DNA from: Rhizodiscina lignyota
Lineage: Eukaryota
Length of the DNA: 64,000 bases
Direction of reading: 5' to 3'
Assembly (NCBI GenBank): GCA_010015805.1
Contig: ML978129.1
Location: forward strand, 682,001-746,000
This document shows, one piece after another, positions 38,995 through 51,985 of this stretch. The notes under the pieces are model-generated. The model was given only the letters and a program-made list of their open reading frames with translations. It had not been told where the DNA came from and did no database searches. Position numbers and translations under genes: made by a program. Within the stretch, counting starts at the first letter, position 1; every line of letters starts with the position of its first letter.

Positions 38995-41517
38995 ATGGCG
39001 ACACCAACGCCCTCAGGCACACACGGCTCCAAGCACCCTCTGACCGCGCACTCAACCGCGACGCCTCCCTCCGTCTCGCACCTCCCAAACTTCTCCTCCC
39101 CAGCGCCGCGCTCCGTCCCCTCGCCCGCAACACATCGCAACCAAGCTGGCAAATCGCCCTTCAACACCTCCAGCCATGCGCCAAACAGTGTCGGCAGCAC
39201 TGCAACAGCCGGCGCACAGAACCACCCGACTGGCAGCTCGGGCAAGGGCTCGCAGGGCGTCGCAGGAGGTCTGCTTGGAAGCTCACCGGCAGGCATGAAC
39301 ATCGATTCACCTGCGGCGCTAGCCATGGGCCTGGGACAGATGGGCGGTGTGGAGATGGGACTGGGAATGAGCATGAGTGGGATCAGCCAGATGGGATTTG
39401 GAAACCTGGGTATGGGAATGGAGATTGGAGGCAGCAGAGGGGTGCAAGGCCGCGCGATGGACGACGAGGAGAGGAGAAAGAGACTGGAGCAGGTTATTGC
39501 GATGGTAGGCAGTAGACCGGGACGTGTGAGTGAAGAGTCGTTGGAGAGATTGGGGAGACGGCTTGGTTTAGATACTCAATGCGACCCACCACTTGGGCAG
39601 GGCAAGGGCGCGAATTGGAATGGGGTGAGGCAGTTGGCGATCGCCGGACAGACGTTCGTGGTCGATATCAGCTCACGGAGCGATAGCGTGGAGAACGTTT
39701 CGATTACGTGGGGAGCGGATCCGACGAAAGTCGATGAGTCGGCAAGTAAGTTGCTGATGGAAAGCATCACGCCTCCTCCAGGTGGTTCGAGCATCACATA
39801 TACGCTCGATAAATTCGAGAAAAATCTAGAACGTTTGGCGCGCCTGGATAAGCTGGAAGGAGCATCGTTCAATTGCTACGAGGCGATAACTGGGGTTTAC
39901 GAGAGCCTGAAGAGACTATATGAGCATGAGAAGAAGACTGCCTTAGCACTCATCGGCGAAGGTGCAAACAGGAGGGAAGAGCGCGCCGAGAGAGAGACAA
40001 TGTGCAAGAAGAGTGGCATACCACGGCTGAATGCCCACGGAAGAATTGGAGTATCGCTTGAATATTGGATGGATGGCCGCTTCCAGTTCAAATCGCCGTC
40101 CACAGACCAGGGTAATACCATGGACGTAGACAAACCTAGTTCATCGTCAGAACATGAAGATGATGGGGATGGGCAAGTCTACTCGCTTGTCATCGATTGC
40201 GAGTCTCATCCCGCCACACTCTACACTCCTATACGTACGTCTACAGCATGGATCTCCGAGGCTGTAGAGAAGCTCTCCGACGACCCTCACGGCCTTTTCG
40301 GACAGCAGGCCGAAATTGACTGGCAGGAGCCACCGTCATCGTATCTAAATAATCCGCACGAAGATGCTCCGCAGCAGCCAGATCCAATGAACCTCCAAGA
40401 CCTAGGTATGGGGAAACTGCCGAACATCAGATTCGTGGCCAGATTGGACCCGCCACTGCCTATGCCAGTGCAGATGTGGAACAGCATCTTGCATGCAGTA
40501 GGCGTGCAGCCGGATCTCCAGAGTCTGCGACATCATTCCTATGACGGGTTGGTGCTCAGAGCGGAAAGCTTGGAAGAACTGGCTGAAGCGCGCGATATTG
40601 CATCTCAGATGGAACGACAGGTTTACAGCAAGCGCGACATACTAGTTCCGGCGACGAATAGCAAAGAAGAATTCGAACGAATCCATTCAAGCACTCTAAT
40701 CGCTAAAGCCGAGTTTGGCAAAGTGCTCGAGGAGATCCCCTTCAGCCATCCTAGGGACATTGTCAACATTCTTGGTGTGTTGCGACAATACGCGTTCCTC
40801 AACTCCCTGTTGAAGCGGTCATTCGCAGCATCTAATCCGTCACTCACTCACGGCATGACCAACGGCACCAGCAATGGCGATCTCAACGGCGATACGGACA
40901 AGAAGCTTCCATCCCTCCCTGTGGACGTCCTCCTCACCACCGCGACCGCAACGTCCACATCTCCGCAACTCGTCATCACATTCCCTCGACCGATCCCACC
41001 TGCACCAACTCCAGCACCACGCTCACCAGTCCCGTCTGAGTCAAAAACTCTTCCTAGCAATACAAAACGCCTCGTGCCATACAGCTCTAGTACAGCGGCT
41101 TCTGACGCAGACGGAGATATCACACTCGACGACATCCTCGACGCTGAGGGTGCATCTGCCGATCCTTCGTTCGGGGCCAAAGACGTGGAAGCGGAAGCGA
41201 CAGTGCTAAGTCTCACAATCGAAATTTCAGCGCATAATGCCGATGTGAGCATCGTGGAGCAGAATGCCGTGCCGCCACCCACATCCGCTGTTACCACTAA
41301 TGAGAAAAGTTCCGGCTCCGATGGAGCAGAGAAGCAGGAAGGAACAGAAACAGGAGTGAAACAAGAAGGCGAGGATGTCATGGAAGGTATTTCGAAAGAC
41401 ATGGCGAACCAGCAGGAGGAGACGAAGAGGCTGGAGAAGGTACAGCGGTTCGCAAAGGCGTTAGAAGTATGTGGGGATATCGACGTGTGGGTGGAGTGGA
41501 TCGCGAAGCAATCGTAG
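38995..41517 (+). CDS. MED1: Mediator of RNA polymerase II transcription subunit 1
   Basis: MATPTP start, DEERRKRLEQVI..GRVSEESLERL, NLERLARLDKL..FNCYEAI, IPFSHP..LRQY, C-terminal ALEVCGDIDVWVEW; typical fungal Med1 layout. Confidence 0.88.
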   Translation: MATPTPSGTHGSKHPLTAHSTATPPSVSHLPNFSSPAPRSVPSPATHRNQAGKSPFNTSSHAPNSVGSTATAGAQNHPTGSSGKGSQGVAGGLLGSSPAGMNIDSPAALAMGLGQMGGVEMGLGMSMSGISQMGFGNLGMGMEIGGSRGVQGRAMDDEERRKRLEQVIAMVGSRPGRVSEESLERLGRRLGLDTQCDPPLGQGKGANWNGVRQLAIAGQTFVVDISSRSDSVENVSITWGADPTKVDESASKLLMESITPPPGGSSITYTLDKFEKNLERLARLDKLEGASFNCYEAITGVYESLKRLYEHEKKTALALIGEGANRREERAERETMCKKSGIPRLNAHGRIGVSLEYWMDGRFQFKSPSTDQGNTMDVDKPSSSSEHEDDGDGQVYSLVIDCESHPATLYTPIRTSTAWISEAVEKLSDDPHGLFGQQAEIDWQEPPSSYLNNPHEDAPQQPDPMNLQDLGMGKLPNIRFVARLDPPLPMPVQMWNSILHAVGVQPDLQSLRHHSYDGLVLRAESLEELAEARDIASQMERQVYSKRDILVPATNSKEEFERIHSSTLIAKAEFGKVLEEIPFSHPRDIVNILGVLRQYAFLNSLLKRSFAASNPSLTHGMTNGTSNGDLNGDTDKKLPSLPVDVLLTTATATSTSPQLVITFPRPIPPAPTPAPRSPVPSESKTLPSNTKRLVPYSSSTAASDADGDITLDDILDAEGASADPSFGAKDVEAEATVLSLTIEISAHNADVSIVEQNAVPPPTSAVTTNEKSSGSDGAEKQEGTETGVKQEGEDVMEGISKDMANQQEETKRLEKVQRFAKALEVCGDIDVWVEWIAKQS

Positions 41518-41954
41518 CCATGAATATAAATTTTTGCGCAAAGAAGATAGGCCCAAAGGCTTATTGAAGTAGAAAAAGGGTGTTCTTGCATCTCAATTGT
41601 GCTTCGGTCTTTTTAGCTACATGAGCATGCTTTCGGGAAGGAAGTGGAGGGTGCTTTGAACAAGACTGGGGCTCGAAGAGAAAAATCAATCTCGCACGCA
41701 TGCGGATGCAGTTGCAACAGCTCCCAGCTTCTGAAGATATCATACCAATCCACGACAAAACAACGGTCTAGATATAACGAGCAGACCAGCACCGCACCAA
41801 CTCCATCGAGGGTGTTATTTGCATTGTGGTTCGTACCCCAAACCGATGGCCACCATTGCTCTTCTTCCGCTCAATCAACGTCCTCGACGTCCCCGACTTC
41901 TGCCTGCATCACCGTCGCATCAGTCAAAGAAAACAGAAAAGCCAGGTATTGGAA

Positions 41955-43579
41955 TTAGACGGTCTTGGGGACCGGCACAACCATCTCCTGCTCTACCATC
42001 GAGACCTCGGTGCTCTTCTTCGCCATATCGGCACCCTTCACCTTGCCGCAGAGCGTCTCGACGATCATGCCGGTGACCTGGTACGGATCTGCGTTCGAAG
42101 CGGGTCTCCTGTCCTCGAAGTATCCCTTGCCCTCCTCGGCGCACGCCCTGTTCACACGGACTGACGCGCCACGGTTAGCAACGCCCCAGCTAAACTTGTC
42201 GAACGAGGCGGTCTCGTGCGCGCCAGTCATACGCTGGTCGTTGTCTTCACCGTATACCTCCATGTGCACCTTGTGGCGCTCAGCCAACTTCTCCATAGCT
42301 GCCTCGATGTGCTTCATACCACCATCAGCGCGCATTTCCTTGGTCGAGACGTTCGTGTGGAGACCAGCGCCGTTCCAGTCGCCGGGGATGGGCTTGGGTG
42401 CGAAGGTAATCTTGGTGCCGAAGTCTTCAGCGACGCGTTGGAGGATAAAGCGGGACATCCAGAGCTGGTCGCCAACTACCACCCCAGTTAGTTTATGGTA
42501 CATTGAAGTAGGAAGGGGAGATTCTCACGCTCAATGCCAACGCAAGGTCCGACTTGGTACTCCCACTGAGCAGGCATGACCTCGGCGTTCGTGCCAGAGA
42601 TGTTGATACCGGCATACAAGCAAGCCTTGTAATGCGACTCGACGATATCTCTCCTCATGACCTTACCAGTGCCTACACCGCAGTAGTACGGGCCTTGTGG
42701 GGCTGGGAAGCCATTCTTGGGCCAGCCATACGGCCAGCCATCAGCGCCCAGCATGGTGTACTCCTGCTCCAGACCGAACCAGAACACGTGGCTCTCATGG
42801 GCCTTCATAATGACCGCTGCGTCATGACGGAAGTTGTATGCATTGGGCTTGCCATCGGCCATCCAGCACTCAGCCATGACGAGGATGTTGTCGCCCAAGC
42901 GGAAGGGGTCTGCGAAGAATGCTACGGGGCGCAGATAGACATCGGAGTTGTCGCCTGGTGCTTGTCCAGTTGATGAGCCGTCGAAGTTCCATTCTGGGAG
43001 GTCATCGATCGATTTTGGCTTTTCCGTCAGGGTCTGATTGACATTTCGTAATTAGCACATAATCTTTGAATCTAGAATGCGGCTAATATGCAAAACAGCC
43101 GATCTCAGCAGCTTCGTGAAATAGCCACAATCGCGGTCCTTAACTACAAGCCGCTGCATTGTGGTTGGAGCTCTTATCGCGGGGTAGGGGTAGGCGATAA
43201 GGCGTAGGAGCGGCGTGCAGGAAAAAGCAAAAGCTAGCCCGCGTGCGTGCGTCATGGCTAGACGTCAGGAAGCAACTTGCAGCTGCGAAGTGCTTCAAAA
43301 GTTGAAATTGAGAAATCGCTCACCTTGCACTTTGAGCGCAGACCGCCAGAGGCGTCGATCCAGACATACTCTGCAATGACGCTGCCCTTCTGATCGAGCT
43401 GGAGGTATTTTTGCAACTGTTGTGAGTGCGGTTAGTCGCTCGCGTGATGCCCTGCCAATCCCGTGGATCTTACAGTTGCGGTGTTGGAAATAACCGTGCT
43501 TTCAGTAGCCTGGAAATTGTCAGCTACGCTGTACATTGCGGCGGCCCAGAGCCATTGTTGGGTGAGGCGAGCATACCAT
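41955..43579 (-). CDS. GLN1: Glutamine synthetase (GSII type), multi-exon with ATG-only first coding exon
   Basis: [72 protein letters not shown]. The ATG at 43579-43577 is followed directly by a GTATGC donor. Confidence 0.96.
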
Positions 43580-46542
43580 GGTGGCGAGTGTGTAATGTAC
43601 AAAGACGGGTGATGAGAGGGAATTGGGTATCAAGCGATTGCTTCAGCACAAAGCGATACTTGAGAAAGACGGGTTTGCCGGTTTGAGGTCAGCGAGGAGT
43701 AGTTCGGGAAGTTGAACGAAGATGTTGGAGGGGCGCTGGCACTTATTATTTACGCCTCGATGCCAAGAGCGACAGGCATCGCCCTTTGATCCGTGCGGGC
43801 GAACCTGGACGATGCTTTCCGCCCACCCTCAAAGGACAAGCAGAAGAAAACTTCCCACATCACCGCTCCCTGTTCCGCTGCAAGAGCCTGCAGGGTCCCT
43901 CACCCCACTGCAATCCAGGCGAATTAGCCTGCCTCCCTCTCATCAGCTTCAGATCCGCTCGGTCTCAATGGAGCGAGCTCTCGCTGGTTCAAGCGCGCCG
44001 TTCATCGCGGTCCACCATCGCTGCCATCCGATCATGACGGGTGAAAGCGGCCGTCCAGCGTAACCACGGCTACTTCGAACCCGATCCACGAGCTCAGACT
44101 GCTAGTTGCTCACTCGTTACCCCGGATCATCATGGCACGACGAGTAATCCTGCCCTATCCAGAGTACGGATCCGCCAAGTGGTGAGACACAGGAAGAAAC
44201 GCGCAGTATCACTCGTGAGCCAGAAAATTTTCATATTTCCCCCATTTGAGGCATTTCTTGCATTCAATTCTTCTCCACGCGCCAGCTGCGGAAGTGCTTG
44301 CACATGCATCATGGTGCATCAAGGCCATGTGTCTGGAGTCCCCCAAGACGACCGGCAGTGGGGGTTCATGTCGGTTCATGTCAATCTCTGAAGCACTTGC
44401 AGCTGCCCGATAAGGGGACAGAGAATGCTTCGCTGGAAGCACACGACCAATGTGCTTGGCTTCTAGAAGCTTGCCTTCTTCCGTAATATCTCACGACAAC
44501 TGCCTGCACGCTTATTACTATGGAGTTGGAGTACGAGTCGCCGAGTGGCCGAAGCAACACCAACACAGTCTATTTCCTCAACAAGCGATATTCGTTACTC
44601 GATGGAAATGCTGCGCCTCGATAGCAAACGCTCAGAGGCACGAATATTTCCCGCAACAAAGGCCGCGCCGGCGACATCGGCCTCAGCCTCACTGGTGCTA
44701 CACAAAGGACGTCAACGGCTAGATCAGCCGCCACTGCACCCTGCACGCCACCCGACCCGGCTGTCTGGCAGCTTATCGGAGAGCGCTCATTCGCTGGAGC
44801 CCGACGAGACGTAAGCCGATTTCCAACGTCTTCACAACAACATCACGAACATGTCGCGATGCTGGGCACCAAACTTTTGCGCAAGAAGAAAATGCGACGA
44901 AAATTTTCTGCTTCATGCACACCTCACGCAGCTCCGGAGAAGTTGGAATAAGAAAATAGGATGCGCAGCTGACATTACGCCGCTCAGGCTTGAATCGGCC
45001 ACCGTCAGCATCACGACAACGAGGACCAGAATCAGCTTGAATCGGCCTGACGGAGACATCCGACCTCTCGAGAGACAGCAATGCTTCTTGGAGAGCACGC
45101 AACGCTGATGGTAGGACGATGCCTGACCTTATCTTTCGCTTTCGCTAGAGGCTCAAAGCTGGAGGAGCAAACGCTGTCATCGTGACAGCAACACGCTCTT
45201 CAGGCATCTGGAGCTTTCCCCAGATTCTCACAAACCCACCCTGGCACGGGCATGAAGACATCTGGTTCCTGCATCCCGCCAAGCGGGCCGTTTTGCGCAG
45301 GATCGGCAGCCCAACTGCGCGGTTCAATTCGGGTGCCCCGGAGAGAAGAATCTGGGGAAGCATACGGGCAGCTTACACTTGCCACTTGCGGTGTAAGGCC
45401 GGGCTCACTAAGCTCTTCAGATTCTACAAGTAGCCTCTACTCCTTCCTCGTGGAACAGTTGGGACTACTGAGCCTTTGATGTCTTCCAGCAGCATACCTG
45501 GCAGTCGTTTATTTTCTAGCGGAAGTAGCGAGCTCGGTAAGCTTTCAGGGCAATAAACAGAACCCAACCATATCCTGTGGACATGATTGCCTGAACTCAC
45601 AATAGAGGACCGTTTGCAACGAACCTCCGTTGCTGTCATAACGAGCAAGCATATCTTTTGTAACATCCCCCAGATTGCCAACCTCCGATCCTTTGGTAAA
45701 CTATTTAAATGTAAGCATACGACGAAATTTCATTTCTATTATCGTTTACACGCGCCGCTATTTTTCAAACGACAGTGTTTCCGTATATACCTTACTTCTC
45801 ATTAGTCGGTATTGCGCCATCTCTAGCACGCTCTTCCTAGCCGTCTTGCATATCGCGTAGATTAGCGCGATTGCTTCGCCAGCTTTTAATCGCTCCGTCG
45901 CTTGTCTTCATAAGGAAAATCGCGAATGCGCTGTTGCAATGCCCGGATGAGCTCAACGCGTTCGCGCATCTCCAACTTTTGCACGACCAAACTTTGTTCC
46001 ACGGTCGCAATCACGTGGCATATCAACATCACAACGCGTTCGCAGCACGATGGGAAAGACGCACGTAGATTTAGCAGATGATCTTGCGGCGCCTATCCGT
46101 TGACGTGGCTATTGTCACAAAGTATTCATTCGCAGTGACGGGCTTTGCGAGGCACGGACCAGCATCGTCACCACACAATGCTATTGTGTGCCTGTGACAA
46201 TGACCAACCACCCGAATTGCTCGACGGATTGGTCTTTTGGTTGCATCTTCTCCTCTTCGCTCACATTTCTTTCACCTCACTAATTGCTGATTGCTTCCTT
46301 CTCTTGTCTCTGCTGGCAGTCTCAAGAACCCTTTGTCCCAGCTTCGTCTTCCTTTTCGATAGCAGTCATTCTCCCGTCCTCGCTCTGTCACAATAGTTCG
46401 ATCAGGCAGGCCTTGATCCATCTAATTGGTTACGGCCTCACGACTCCTCTGCTTCTGGACAGGCGGACAGGACCTCGGCGACTCGCTTTCCACACTTCGA
46501 GCAGCGCTCTTTGCAACACCATCCCGAGTTCAGACAGCAACG

Positions 46543-47223
46543 ATGTGCTGGACGGAGTGTGTTTTCCACCTCCCCTGTAAGCATTGGGGTCCCGATCGCT
46601 TCGTCGGCGAGCCATGTGTGCGCGCTCGACCAGTGGTGTCTCGCCAGCTCTCCCCCGTCGCCGGGACATCCTCTCGCTCTTCATCGGTGTCGGTATACAG
46701 TACTGTCTACGACCCCAGCGTTCACTCCACTGCTTCGACTGTCTCTTCGACGAATGGCATTTCCTCCTGTTCTTCGGTCCGCAGCCCCAGCATCGATTCG
46801 GCCTCTTCAACCTCGTCTAGCACTGATGCCGCGTCTTCGGTCTTCAGCGCCACTCATGCCCGCAACTCAAGCGTCGACTCCACCACCTCCATCTCATCCT
46901 CCCGCACCGATGCCGCCGCCGCCGAACCCTCCAGCGACCGCACAGATTCGCTTGGGAGTGGCGTTGTCGTCTGCGGTCACCACATGACGGCAGTATCAGA
47001 GCTGGGTCCGATCGCGAAGGAACTGGTGCTGTGGGCGGCGACTGACGCCACGATTGTGGAGAAGACCGTGTACTTGCCATGCCTGTACCAGGAGAAGATT
47101 GGCTGCTCGAACAGCGACGAGGACTGTCCGCGGTGCGTGAAGCTGGCGGAGAGGAGGGGGAGGAGCGAGTATAGGTTGGTGAGGGATGTGAGGCCGTGGT
47201 TGGAGGGGTACAGAATGGTGTGA
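46543..47223 (+). CDS. Hypothetical protein: Cys/His-rich termini flanking a Ser-rich linker
   Basis: MCWTECVFHLPCKHWG..PC, then a Ser/Thr tract, then LPCLY..GCSN..CPRC. Coding-like composition, 226 aa. Confidence 0.6.
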   Translation: MCWTECVFHLPCKHWGPDRFVGEPCVRARPVVSRQLSPVAGTSSRSSSVSVYSTVYDPSVHSTASTVSSTNGISSCSSVRSPSIDSASSTSSSTDAASSVFSATHARNSSVDSTTSISSSRTDAAAAEPSSDRTDSLGSGVVVCGHHMTAVSELGPIAKELVLWAATDATIVEKTVYLPCLYQEKIGCSNSDEDCPRCVKLAERRGRSEYRLVRDVRPWLEGYRMV

Positions 47224-48210
47224 GGGGAGGTGGGATGGGAGAGCAGGTGGGAGTGGGTAGGTGGAAATCTGTAGTTTATGGGATGGGATGTTTCAAGGCG
47301 AAGATAGGACGAAGACTCTACGATATCATGATAATGAGAGACGATTTTGCTTGGCCTTGCCAATGTAGTCATTCTTACTCAGTGCATGTTGTGATTGAAG
47401 CTCGCCGCTAAGTCGGCTTTCAACGCTCAGACTCCTAATGTAATGAAATGAATGCTCATGCAATGCTGTTCGAACGAGAGATTGAAGGATTAACGTGAAG
47501 AAGAGTCCTGGCATCGGCTCAAGGTGATAGCAGAGGAAGATGGTTCTCTCCAATCCAATCTCTGCCTAGACAAGTGTGCATTTCAACAACAGATTTCGAT
47601 TATAACAAAGCCTATACTCAGACATTAAGGCGCAGAGAGCAGAGCTGGAAATCTGATATGTAGAAAGTACAGAATTGCATTGAGCTCGAAACGGAGGAAG
47701 AACGTTCTGTCCAATGCGACATATCTCTACCGTCACCGGTGTCGATTTCAATAAGAGACTCCGGATGCAATCAGGCCAATCTTCAGAGAGTCAGCTGGAA
47801 TAGTGAGCTCATGGAGTTTAACTTATAGAAAGGACGGTGCGGGCTAAATGTCGAAATAGAGGAAGAAAGGGCTCTTCAGTTCAGCGTGTCTCTACTATGA
47901 CAGATGTGAATCCCGATAAGTGACTCCGGACCCAATCAAATCAATGTTCAAACAGTAGGACGCCGAAAGTAGATGTGTGAGTTTGACAGAGATGCTAAAC
48001 TTCGATGGCGTCGCTGTGTGGAGTGATATATAAATTTAAAAGTAACGTTGGGTCACCTCATGGTGGGGCGCTGCTTCTTGCCCTCGAGTCCACCTTTACT
48101 CTTCCAGATGACTACACCCAGTCTATTCTTACAAGCTTCACTTCGTGTTTAAGCATGAAAAGTGTCTCTAATAACGCTCGCTTTTCTCCATTAGACCTTC
48201 AACTTCCGTC

Positions 48211-49386
48211 ATGAGCGACTTGGCAAGGTCTTTTGCAAAGACCAAGCTTACATCACTCCCTCCAGAAGCGCCCCTCGCCGAAGAAGAACGAGAAGATGAT
48301 TCCTCCTCTGCCTCCTCCATGTCCTCCGTGGGCACAATCAGACCTTCGTCGAGTCACAAGCCTGCAAATCGCGTTTCCTGGGCCGATTTCTTCTCGCAAG
48401 AGCTCTATCTCGAGCAGAAAACGGAGAAGGACCACGCCAAATACCACGTCTATTATACCCCTCCTGCTTCGCTGAAGCTACCGCTACTAGTCCTACATCA
48501 TGGTGCTGGTTCCTCCGGGCTCTCCTTCGGCCTCTTCGCTAGAGACTTCCGAAAACTCATGCCAGACACTGGCATCCTCTGCCTCGAGGCACGCGACCAC
48601 GGCTCGGTTGTGTGGAGGAATGATACGGGCGACATAGATACCGACCTCTCCATTGACACACTGAGCCAGGATATGGCAGACATGATACACTTGACACAGG
48701 CGAAGTTGGGCTGGGCGGACTTGCCAGAGATGATGTTGGTTGGCCATAGTTTGGGAGGGGCTGTGGTCACCAATACTGCGAAGAAGGGACTGCTGGGCAA
48801 CAAAGTGCTTGGCTATGCGGTGCTAGATGTTGTAGAAGGCTCAGCCATGGATGCCCTCAAGAGCATGCAATCCTATCTGGCGACGCGGCCCTCCGTCTTC
48901 CCAACGCTTGCGGATGCCATTGATTGGCATATCAGGTCACGGACACTGCGGAACATTGAGTCTGCACGCGCTTCCGTACCGCCGCTCCTCTTACAAACTT
49001 CAACTGGCAAATGGATATGGCGGACGGATCTGAGCAAGACGGAAGCATACTGGGAAGATTGGTTTGGAGGCATGAGCAGCAAGTTTCTAAACGCGCGCGG
49101 TGCAAAGCTCCTTCTGCTGGCAGGCACGGATCGGCTCGACAAAGAGTTAATGATCGGACAAATGCAAGGTAATGGTATTTGGCCATCTTATGATGACACC
49201 ATCTAATGCATGTTTATAGGGAAGTTTCAACTCCAAGTCCTGCCCGCCGCGGGCCATTTCATTCAAGAAGATCTACCCGAGAAGACTGCGGAGATTATTG
49301 TGGAATTTTTGAAGAGGAATGACAGGAGTGCGTTAGTTCTGCCACCGAAGGTCTCCGATTTGCTAGCGCAGGGAAAGAAGGTGTGA
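48211..49386 (+). CDS. PPE1: Protein phosphatase methylesterase 1, 2 exons
   Basis: LHHGAGSSGLSF, VGHSLGG, VLDVVEGSAMDAL, LAGTDRLDKELMIGQMQG|KFQL..GHFIQED. Intron ~49169-49219. Confidence 0.96.
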
Positions 49387-49688
49387 ATGTTTTACCAAGT
49401 AAAATCTCGTCAATGAAAATTCCAAGTCAAACGGAAGTTCTTCTTTGAAGAGCAAACCGGAAGTGATTGAAGGTTGAGGTCGTTGGAGGAGTCTCCAGAG
49501 TATTCCGCAGACGCTAGAAACAGCGTTTGCACAAGCAGCACACGCATGTTGCAGAAAACACTCGTTTGTATGTTGGCCACCTGCATATATATCCTCTTAT
49601 ACCACGTCTACTCACGCTCTCACGGCAGGCAACCCTGAATTTCCTCAGACTGTGACAAATTTGACGCGCTACAATCACCCGGTCTACC

Positions 49689-51056
49689 ATGGATCTCCCC
49701 TCTACCGAGCTCGCACTCCAGCTACAGATCGAAGATGCGAATCAATCCCTGGCTGAAATCGATGACCTTGATGCCAGAACAGCTATCATACTTTGGAGAG
49801 ATGAGGTTCGCCAGCAGCTTCGTGAGGTGACTGATAGACGCACAGCCTTACTACTCTCAAGCGCTACCCAAGCAGATCGACAGGCAATAGATCAGGCTAT
49901 GCAAGAGGAGACACGGGCACGAGATGACAGACTGGTCGCACAGCGTCTTGGTGGCCAAGCTCAAGCCGACGATGCCACGACGAGAGCAGGATCAGTGATC
50001 GACGAGACTACATCAGTCCTATCTGCATTTGATGCACACGAACAACTTCATAACGACTTCGGTGCTTTGCAGCTGAACGACCCTGCTGAAGAGAATCTTG
50101 GAGAGGCGCCAACCGCAGAAGGCGAAGGCAAAGAGCCAGCCGAACCACAGCGCGTATGCCTCGTTTGTTTCGAACCCAAGCCAATATCCGATACGATACT
50201 CACGGAATGTGGGCATATCTATTGTCGAGAGCACATCGTCGAACTGTTCGAGCATTCCATGATCGATAGAGAGCTTTTTCCTCCTCGATGCTGCACACAA
50301 GAGATTAGCCTTGAGACTATCCGACATTTCCTCACTGACGACTTTATTGAGCGATATCTCGAGAAGAGCGTGGAATTCACTACTGATAATGCTCTGTATT
50401 GCTGTGGGAGGAACTGTTCGGCCTTCATCCATCCATCCCGCGTAAACGCAGACACTGGAACTGTGATCTGCCCCAAATGTGGGATGGAAACATGTGCGAC
50501 GTGCCGACAGGAAGCGCATATTGGCAGTCTCTGCCCTGAAGATCCCAATGCTCAGGCCTTGCAAGAACTGGCACGAGAAAATGGGTGGCAGCAGTGTTTT
50601 AGCTGCCGCAATATGGTAGAGCTATCCCACGGATGCTACCACATGACGTGAGTATATCCTACAAGTTCAGGCTTGTGTATGAACATCCACTGACCGCCTG
50701 ATAGTTGTCGTTGTACCGCACAATTTTGCTACGTCTGCGGAGTGGAGTGGAAGCACTGCAATTGCCCCCAATGGGATGAGAACAGGCTTGTTGCTCAAGG
50801 TCAACAAATCGTTGCCCGAGACGCCGGACGTGGTGCGCCTGGCCCCAATGCCGTTGCAGAAGCTGTGCGTGACCTCCGCGACAATCATGATTGCGAACAC
50901 CGAAACGGATTCGAGCGTGTGTATCGTAATCAGGGCTTTGGGACTAATTGTGAGTGGTGTGATCACCGCACTGGAGCCTATCTTCCTTGGATCTGGCAGT
51001 GTGCGGTCTGCCCACTACGTGTGTGCAATAGCTGTCGGTTAAATCGCTTGCGCTGA
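49689..51056 (+). CDS. RBR (RING1-IBR-RING2) E3 ubiquitin ligase, 2 exons
   Basis: RING1 CLVC..CGHIYC..FPPRCC; IBR YCCGRNC..CPKC..CATC..H..C; RING2 CFSC..GCYHMT|CRC..FCYVC; extra C-terminal Cys cluster. Intron 50648-50704. Confidence 0.93.
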
Positions 51057-51985
51057 AGGGCTATTCGCTGTGGAGTAGAATAGCACTTGACTTTGTAATT
51101 GGATCGCTCTGGTCCAAGGTACTCAAGTCGGAAGTAAGATAATACTTGCATTACGGGGACAGGGTCATTGCGGAGATCCCGTTCTAGCTGAACTGGGAGC
51201 TCGAGCACTGTGTGTTAAGCGCTAAGCGGTTCAACACTTAGCACAATATTAGACGACGCAAGGAAAGCCCAAAGTTGTCAGAGAGATTCTCCTTTCAATT
51301 GAATGCACGTTCATAGATCGTCCGCCGAATGAGTTCAAGATTCAGCTTCAGGCACAACCCATCTTCAAGAATAATGCGCCAAACTGTGAAGAGGACTCCG
51401 TTTTAGCTACAATGCATGCCCAGACACAGAGTGCCTAAATGTTACTAAGCGATGTGTGAGAGGTATGTTGAGACTATTGAGACTTCGCATTTGCTTCGAA
51501 CAGGGATGAAGCAAAATACCTCTAACCCAGCGTCGGTGATTTCGCCTGTAATGAACAGACCACCTTGGTTGTTGAACGTTGCCGTGGGACTGATTGAACT
51601 GTTCCTTCTTGGTCGCTTCTGTAAACAGTGCACCGTAAGCTCAGGTACAGCTTGATATCGTGGGAGCTTTACTTAACGAAGGGAGTACAACTGTATCAAA
51701 TGGATAGCAGTAAGCTCAAGAAAGCTATCCTGATGTATTTGCACAGTTATTGAGCAGGTTGAAGCTTTGTTTGTTATCGTCCTCTCCAAGAATCCGGCCA
51801 TAACTCAATTGATTGCTCCACAGGATTTCGGGGCTAGTCTACATGAAAGCTCCATCGCCGAAACGCTTTCCCCGGAATATTCGCAAGCATAAGCGATCAC
51901 TTGCGCCGACTATCGAGCTCGAGTAACCTATCATATCTTGACACTGATCTAAGCTTAAGGCCCGCTCTCCTGTCATTTAGTTGAA

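Noticed and set aside
45290..45345. GGTTCAATTC B-box-like motif suggesting a tRNA
   Set aside because: No cloverleaf, acceptor stem or A-box could be formed.
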